NCBI GenBank assembly: GCA_041746255.1
Contig: JBGTHM010000045.1
Coordinates: 1-12,494, forward strand
Direction: 5' to 3'
DNA length: 12,494 nucleotides
DNA from: Fibrobacteria bacterium
Lineage (GTDB): Bacteria; Fibrobacterota; Fibrobacteria; UBA11236
Below are positions 7,424-12,494 of the stretch, piece by piece (position 1 is the first letter of the stretch; every line of letters starts with the position of its first letter). A program made the translations under genes and the position numbers. Under the pieces are notes generated by a model. That model made no database searches, was not told where the DNA came from, and saw only the letters and a list, made by a program, of their open reading frames with translations.

Positions 7424-7550
7424 ATGGCGGGCGAAGGCATTCGGTTCACGAATTTCTGCTCTGGCCGTTCTGTTTGCACTCCCAGTCGGGCGGCTTTGCT
7501 GACCGGCTCCTATTCCCGTTCGCCGGTGTCGGGCGAGGTCACATGGGGCC
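7424..7550 (+). pseudogene. Sulfatase N-terminal fragment (gene remnant)
   Basis: MAGEGIRFTNFCSGRSVCTPSRAALLTGSY contains the formylglycine motif CxPxRxxLLTG (7475-7507) and the preceding EGxRFTNF signature. It lacks the upstream DD metal-binding motif, the signal peptide and the rest of the domain. The end coordinate is approximate. Confidence 0.75.
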
Positions 7551-7721
7551 AGAGGTGGAATTTGGCTTTGCGTTCGACGCTGCTCCCCTGCAGCGGGTGT
7601 GCCCCCCGTTCTCCGCGTCGAATCGTTTTGTCAGCTAAACGATTTTTCCCCGACCCGTCCAATCCCTCCGCCACCGGAATAGGGAAGAGCGGTACATTCA
7701 AAATTCCGGGGAGACACGACC

Positions 7722-7862
7722 ATGCGAATGTTACTCAAATATATACCGGCAGTTCCGGCCCCTGCGGCCATCCTTCCCTCCCAGGCTCAGGAGTTGAGCT
7801 TGACCAATAGCTGTCTAAATCCATTTAAACGCTCTTTCCCCGGACCACGAGCTGCGTTTTAA
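7722..7862 (+). pseudogene. 46-codon ORF that looks like the decayed 5' end of a secreted-protein gene
   Basis: GGGGAG (7708-7713) lies 8 nt before the ATG. It reads MRMLLKYIPAVPAPAAILPSQAQELSLTNSCLNPFKRSFPGPRAAF*. The three Pro codons in the hydrophobic core (CCG, CCG, CCT) are each one T>C change from Leu. Confidence 0.35.
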
Positions 7863-7877
7863 CATTGGAGATAAAGT

Positions 7878-9938
7878 ATGTGTCTGAAGCGTTTAATTAT
7901 AAGTCTGTTTTTTATTCTTCTGACCCAGCCTGCAGTGGCGGCAGATATATCCGGCCGGATTGTGGGAGAAAATGGAACGCCCCTGAGCGGTTGTAAAGTC
8001 TCCCTGCCCAGCGTAAGCAAAGAGGCTGTCACCACGGCAGATGGCAAGTTTTTCTTTGCCGATGTGAATAGCCTAATAAGTCATCATGTACCATCAGATC
8101 TCAATCCACGGCTGAAAAACGGTACTTTGCATTTTAGCCTTCCCCCCACAGAAATAGTGACTTCCCTCAAAATATTAGGGGTATCGGGAAAACAGATTTT
8201 TTCTCCACTCCCCCGGAGGTCTGCACAAGGAGAATACACGGTAAATTTAAACTCGCTTTTAGAACATCAATCGTCGCCCACTCTTTACATAGTGAACATT
8301 AAGGGAGGCGAACACACCTATTCTTTTAAAATATTCCTTTCAAAGTCAACACAGGGATACACTTCGGCAATGCGTCTGCAGCCGGCGGCGCTGAAAAAAG
8401 AAACTGCCGGCAGCGTGATATTGCAGGCAGCCTGCAGTGGGTTTGCGGAAAGGAAGCTTCCCATCACATCCGGCAACATGGGTGACATCACTATCGGAAG
8501 ACCCAATATCATTCTCATGCTGGTGGACGATATGGGGTATTCGGATATCGGGTCCTACGGTGGAGAAATCAGTACTCCCAATCTGGATAAGCTGGCCTTT
8601 GAGGGTGTGCGCTTTCAGCAGTTTTATAATTATGGGATGTGCGTGCCCACACGAGCCTCTCTCGTCTCCGGACTGTATTCCCATGATGCCGGAAACGGCT
8701 TGAAAAAAGGTATCACCCTGGGGCAAGCCATGCAGGCTGGGGGATACACGACCATGGCGATTGGCAAATGGCATATGGACGGCACACCGGAAAAAAGAGG
8801 GTTCGATAGAGCTTTCGGGCATCTCTCCGGAGCGAGCACTTATTTCAGTACAGCCAGCTATGCGCAATTTCATCTGGACGGCAAACCATTTAACCAACCC
8901 TCCGGAGACTGGTACCTCACCGATAAAAATACGGATTTTGCCATGCAGTTCATTGAAGAGGAAAAACAGAAAAATCCCGGCAAACCTTTTTTTCTGTACT
9001 TCGCCATAAACGCGCCTCATAATCCTCTGCATGCCCTTCCCGAAGATGTGGCAAAATACCGAGGCAAATACAAAGCCAAAGGCTGGGATGTGCTTAGAAA
9101 AGAACGTTTTGAGCGTCAGCTGGCAATGGGATTATTTCCGGCGGAAACCGCGGTCCTATCCGAAAGGAGCCGCGACATTCCAGCCTGGAATAACCTGACG
9201 GACTCTCAGCAGGACAAGGAAGATCATGTCGCGGCAGTGTATGCAGGTATGATGGACAGGGTAGACCAGAATGTAGGCCGGCTTATGGCAAAACTGGGAG
9301 AGTTAGGCATGCAGGACAATACGCTTTTCATGTTTCTCAGTGATAATGGATCGGATGGGAAGTCTAACCGGGGAGGCACCTTGAATACCCCAAACTCAAA
9401 CTGGCAAAGGGGTTCGGGCTGGGCCAACCTCGGCAACACACCTTTTAAACATTACAAATACAATCAGCATCAGGGAGGAATCTGCACGCCGTTTTTTGCC
9501 TGGTGGCCTCAGGTTATCAGCAACAAAGGAACCATCATTAAAAATTATCCCGGCCATCTAGTCGACATCATGCCTACTATCAATGAGCTGGCAAACTGGC
9601 AATATCCAAAATCTTTTCAAGGCAAATCCATTCCGGCGCTTCCGGGAAAAAGCCTGGTCCCCCTGTTTGAAGGAAAATCCCTTGATCCTCCGGATGCGCT
9701 CAACTTTGCATTTTCGGGAGAAGAGGCCATAGTTTCGGGAATCTGGAAACTGGTGGCCTTCAGGGATGGCCAGTGGGAACTGTATAATCTGCAAACGGAC
9801 CCGGCGGAAACAAAGGACTTGGCAAAGCAGCAGCCGGCAAAGGTGCAGGAACTGCTGGGAAAGTGGAATGCCTACGTATCCTCAAGGAATATCAGCACGC
9901 GAGGCGGCGGACAACTGGATCCCTATGTAAAATTTTGA
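7878..9938 (+). CDS. Secreted Cys-type (formylglycine-dependent) arylsulfatase, family S1 (AtsA-like), with an N-terminal beta-sandwich extension of about 185 aa
   Basis: GGAG RBS and a signal peptide ending AVA|ADISG. Motifs: RPNIILMLVDDMGYSD, TPNLDKLA.EG.RF..FY, CVPTRASLVSG (8640-8672), GKWH, GFDR, APHNPL, FLSDNG, GWANLGNTPF..YK...HQGGI.TP, DIMPT and WELYNL..DPAE..DLA. 686 aa. Confidence 0.93.
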   Translation: MCLKRLIISLFFILLTQPAVAADISGRIVGENGTPLSGCKVSLPSVSKEAVTTADGKFFFADVNSLISHHVPSDLNPRLKNGTLHFSLPPTEIVTSLKILGVSGKQIFSPLPRRSAQGEYTVNLNSLLEHQSSPTLYIVNIKGGEHTYSFKIFLSKSTQGYTSAMRLQPAALKKETAGSVILQAACSGFAERKLPITSGNMGDITIGRPNIILMLVDDMGYSDIGSYGGEISTPNLDKLAFEGVRFQQFYNYGMCVPTRASLVSGLYSHDAGNGLKKGITLGQAMQAGGYTTMAIGKWHMDGTPEKRGFDRAFGHLSGASTYFSTASYAQFHLDGKPFNQPSGDWYLTDKNTDFAMQFIEEEKQKNPGKPFFLYFAINAPHNPLHALPEDVAKYRGKYKAKGWDVLRKERFERQLAMGLFPAETAVLSERSRDIPAWNNLTDSQQDKEDHVAAVYAGMMDRVDQNVGRLMAKLGELGMQDNTLFMFLSDNGSDGKSNRGGTLNTPNSNWQRGSGWANLGNTPFKHYKYNQHQGGICTPFFAWWPQVISNKGTIIKNYPGHLVDIMPTINELANWQYPKSFQGKSIPALPGKSLVPLFEGKSLDPPDALNFAFSGEEAIVSGIWKLVAFRDGQWELYNLQTDPAETKDLAKQQPAKVQELLGKWNAYVSSRNISTRGGGQLDPYVKF

Positions 9939-9963
9939 GGAGAGAAAAGCAATAATCCCTATC

Positions 9964-10020
9964 TGTGAAAAGATTCACGAAAAACAGACTCACGAAACGG
10001 TAAAAAGTAGGGTATTCACG
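9964..10020 (+). promoter_or_regulatory. CRP/FNR-like box plus repeated TCACG half-sites upstream of the propeller gene
   Basis: TGTGA-aaagat-TCACG (9964-9979) matches 9 of 10 positions of the TGTGA-N6-TCACA consensus. agattcacgaaa (9971-9982) and agactcacgaaa (9986-9997) form a direct repeat. A third TTCACG lies at 10015-10020. Confidence 0.45.
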
Positions 10021-10063
10021 TATGTATCAGTTAAATAGGCAAAAAAATGAACCGGAGAATATT

Positions 10064-11905
10064 ATGAGGTTTCGAAAAACTGCAAACACTCTGAGCAGCA
10101 TGGGTGTTTTTATCATCCTGGCAATTTCTAGCATTAGTGGCCAGGAAGTGATTTGGCAAAACAACGGAAAATTTAATTACGATTCCCACTTTTCCCGCAA
10201 CAGCCCCCCCGTCCGATTTGACCAAATCACCAAAACCCATCCCGGATACTCCGTAATCAATGGTAAACCCTCATCAATGAAATTCAGGATTTCCGGAATG
10301 GAATTCCTTTCCACCGGGGAACTGGTGCTGGCTGATTTGAATGGTTCGGGAGCGCATTTTGGAAGTAACGGCAGCATAGAATTATGGACAGGTGCAATGG
10401 GCGATCCCGAAAGCATAAAGCGCACGGTTATTTCCAAAGATGTTTGGATGCCCCTTGGCCTGGTGGTAACGGAAAATGATGATATCTATTACCTGGCGCA
10501 GGACGGTATCTGGCTCCTGCAGAAATCGGCGGGAGGGGGCGAATGGACAAAAAGCCTTTTTTCCCCTGTTGCCAAGCCCACCAAAATGAAACCTGATGCC
10601 GGGGGCCATGGGCCGACGGCCTTTAATCTTAAGCTGCACAACGGCTATTTTTATTACAGCATTGGGGGGTACCATAACCTCAATTATCCCGATAACGAAG
10701 GATATGTGGTGAAAGTCTCCCGAGCGGATAAGTCCGTGGAAATTCTGGCAAGGGGAATCCGTATGCCTAATGGACTGGGCATTACGCGGGCTGGTGAGAT
10801 ATTCATAACCGATAATCAGGGGGAATGGCGTCCCGCAAACCCCGTGTATCATATTGTAAAAGGAAAACACTATCAATGGCCACAGCTGCCTCCCGGCGGT
10901 AGTAAATTGCCCGACGACTGGAAACGCTGGACAGCATTGCCTTCCCGGGATATCCAGCAAAGCCCTGCGGTGTGGATACCCTACAAGCCTGTCGGCGGTT
11001 CCCTCACTAACATGCATCTCATAAAGCAGGGCCCTTATCGTGATCAGTTTCTTATAGGGGATAACAGAATAGGTGTGGTGCATCGAGTGAGTGTGGAAGA
11101 AGTAGGCGGCCAGTACCAGGGAGCAAACTATATCTTCACCGGTATTTTAGATGCCGGGGTTCAGAGCTTCACTGAAGTTTCCGACGGAACAATTTTTGGA
11201 GGCAGTGCCGGAATTCCCCACACAGGCTGGGCCGTATTAGGAAAACAATTCGGGCTGGCAAAATGGAAACCCAATGAAAAAGCATTTTTTGATATTCATT
11301 CCATCACATCCAATAATTCGGGCTTTGATATATCTTTTACGCAATCGGCGAAGCTTAGTGAAATAATTCCCGATAACTTCTGGGTGAGGTCATTTCATTA
11401 TGGAGAACCCACGCAAAAATATGGCGGATCCCCCATTGACATGCGGAATGAAAAAATTACGAAAATAACCCTTTCCCCGGATAAAAAATCCATTGCGCTT
11501 GATATTGCGAATCTGCAGCCGGGACGTGTTTATGATTTCAATTTCCATGCCAAGGTGGTTTCTGAAACCGGTGAAAAACTGTGGAATACCTATGCCTGGT
11601 ACACTCTCAATAAGATAAACAGTCGGGCGCCGCTGATTGCCCTTAAGGTGAATGAACCCGCACAGAGGGGGTATGAGGTGTTTAAAAGCCTGAATGTTGC
11701 GGGTCTCCAATTTACCCTGGATATCCCCGTCGGAGGCACCTGGGATCTCACCCTGACTGATATCAAAGGAAAAGTACATACCCAAGCCCGCCTGAAAGGC
11801 CGCGACCGGTTTTCCTACACTGTACCGCATCAGGGAGTCTATTTCATAAAGTTAATGAATAACACGGAGCATACTTTCCAGAAAAAAATAACCCTGGGGT
11901 TTTAA
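10064..11905 (+). CDS. Secreted beta-propeller protein, soluble glucose/sorbosone-dehydrogenase-like, with an Ig-like domain and a C-terminal sorting (T9SS CTD-like) domain
   Basis: ATG 10064 (GGAG at 10054-10057) is preferred over 10022, and a hydrophobic signal peptide follows. Propeller motifs: ARGIRMPNGLG...GEIFITDNQGEW.P, PAVWIPY, GPYRDQFLIGD, RVSVEEVGGQYQGA. Ig-like segment: GFDISFTQ...YGGSPID...LSPDKKSI.L...AWYTLNKI. Tail: LTLTDIKGKV...GVYFIKL...FQKKI. 613 aa. Confidence 0.75.
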   Translation: MRFRKTANTLSSMGVFIILAISSISGQEVIWQNNGKFNYDSHFSRNSPPVRFDQITKTHPGYSVINGKPSSMKFRISGMEFLSTGELVLADLNGSGAHFGSNGSIELWTGAMGDPESIKRTVISKDVWMPLGLVVTENDDIYYLAQDGIWLLQKSAGGGEWTKSLFSPVAKPTKMKPDAGGHGPTAFNLKLHNGYFYYSIGGYHNLNYPDNEGYVVKVSRADKSVEILARGIRMPNGLGITRAGEIFITDNQGEWRPANPVYHIVKGKHYQWPQLPPGGSKLPDDWKRWTALPSRDIQQSPAVWIPYKPVGGSLTNMHLIKQGPYRDQFLIGDNRIGVVHRVSVEEVGGQYQGANYIFTGILDAGVQSFTEVSDGTIFGGSAGIPHTGWAVLGKQFGLAKWKPNEKAFFDIHSITSNNSGFDISFTQSAKLSEIIPDNFWVRSFHYGEPTQKYGGSPIDMRNEKITKITLSPDKKSIALDIANLQPGRVYDFNFHAKVVSETGEKLWNTYAWYTLNKINSRAPLIALKVNEPAQRGYEVFKSLNVAGLQFTLDIPVGGTWDLTLTDIKGKVHTQARLKGRDRFSYTVPHQGVYFIKLMNNTEHTFQKKITLGF

Positions 11906-12032
11906 ACGTTATAACTCAGAACTGCAACGGCCATAGCTGGCTGGGACGCATGGTAGGACTGATGAAGTGGAAGCGGAACGGTAAGCCCCTGCAGGCAATG
12001 GTCCGCATCTCCTCCCAGAAAGATGAAAAAAC

Positions 12033-12494
12033 ATGAAGAGCGAAAAAGACCGGCACGCGACACGAAATCTGCGATTCGGAAGAATGTGGCTTGCCCTGTT
12101 GGTTGTGTACCTGTTCTCAATGCCGGACGCTACCGCCCAGTTTGTCCATCCCGGGCATCACGTCACCAAGGAGGATCTTGCGAAAATAAAAAGTCGTATA
12201 CAGGCGGGAATCGAGCCCCAAAAATCCGCGTTTGATAGAATGATGGCCCATGAGTATTTGAGCAAAACCTATACACCCAGCAATGTCCCCCGCATCGAGC
12301 GGGGAGGGGGCGGAAAACCGAATATCGGGCACGGGGAAGCACGTGATGATGCCAAGGCTGCGTATCTCCAGGCAATTGCCTATAACCTCACCGGCGATCC
12401 CGTTTACGCCATAAACAGTATGCGGATTTATCAAGCCTATGGGGAAAATTTGAAGGAAGTAACGGGGAGCGATAGCCGGCTGGTTATCGCATGG
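12033..12494 (+). CDS. 5' part (runs off the window) of a secreted alginate-lyase-family (PF05426-like, alpha/alpha toroid) protein
   Basis: Not in the ORF track because it has no stop. The frame reads MKSEKDRHATRNLRFGRMWLALLVVYLFSMPDATA|QFVHPGHHVTKEDLAKIKSRIQAGIEPQKSAFDRM...DDAKAAYLQAIAYNLTGDPVYAINSMRIYQAYGENLKEVTGSDSRLVIAW. FVHPG...DL..IK and D..AAY..A......GD..YA are characteristic of this family. An alternative in-frame ATG is at 12084. Confidence 0.8.
   Translation, partial: MKSEKDRHATRNLRFGRMWLALLVVYLFSMPDATAQFVHPGHHVTKEDLAKIKSRIQAGIEPQKSAFDRMMAHEYLSKTYTPSNVPRIERGGGGKPNIGHGEARDDAKAAYLQAIAYNLTGDPVYAINSMRIYQAYGENLKEVTGSDSRLVIAW

Noticed and set aside
7304..7810. 168-aa ORF as a functional protein
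   Set aside because: Only about 30-40 codons resemble a sulfatase and the rest has no recognisable features, so it is treated as a remnant.
6435..11830. Long antisense ORFs at 6435-7094, 8346-9032, 10382-11083 and 11390-11830
   Set aside because: They lie entirely opposite well-supported genes and show no recognisable domains.
12023..12235. 70-aa plus-strand ORF and the overlapping minus-strand ORFs at 11902-12434
   Set aside because: These are shadows of the real open frame starting at 12033, which has a signal peptide and lyase motifs.
1..12494. CRISPR array, tRNA/rRNA, transposase or integrase
   Set aside because: I saw no short regularly spaced repeats, structural RNA signatures or recombinase motifs. 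The only long repeats are the gene-sized paralogs.

Overview
This is a bacterial window, most likely Fibrobacterota or a TG3 relative. That assignment rests on a TIGR02147-family gene and on several secreted proteins carrying '[ND][LI]xG[KR]' C-terminal sorting-like tails. In order, it holds: (1) at least three tandem paralogs of a secreted right-handed beta-helix (Pectate_lyase_3-like) glycan-active protein, the first cut by the window edge; (2) a perfect 34-bp palindrome between convergent genes; (3) on the minus strand, a translationally coupled TIGR02147 gene and DUF2341/LamG lipoprotein gene, followed by a secreted nucleoside-hydrolase-like protein; (4) two small gene remnants, a sulfatase CxPxR fragment and a decayed signal-peptide ORF; (5) an intact secreted Cys-type arylsulfatase with an unusual N-terminal module; (6) a secreted glucose/sorbosone-dehydrogenase-like beta-propeller protein; (7) the 5' part of an alginate-lyase-family gene missing from the ORF track. 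The strongest signals are the beta-helix array and the TIGR02147-lipoprotein pair. In the array, near-identical DNA is interrupted by short hypervariable codon patches, about one per helix coil. All family assignments come from motif recognition by eye, not database searches.
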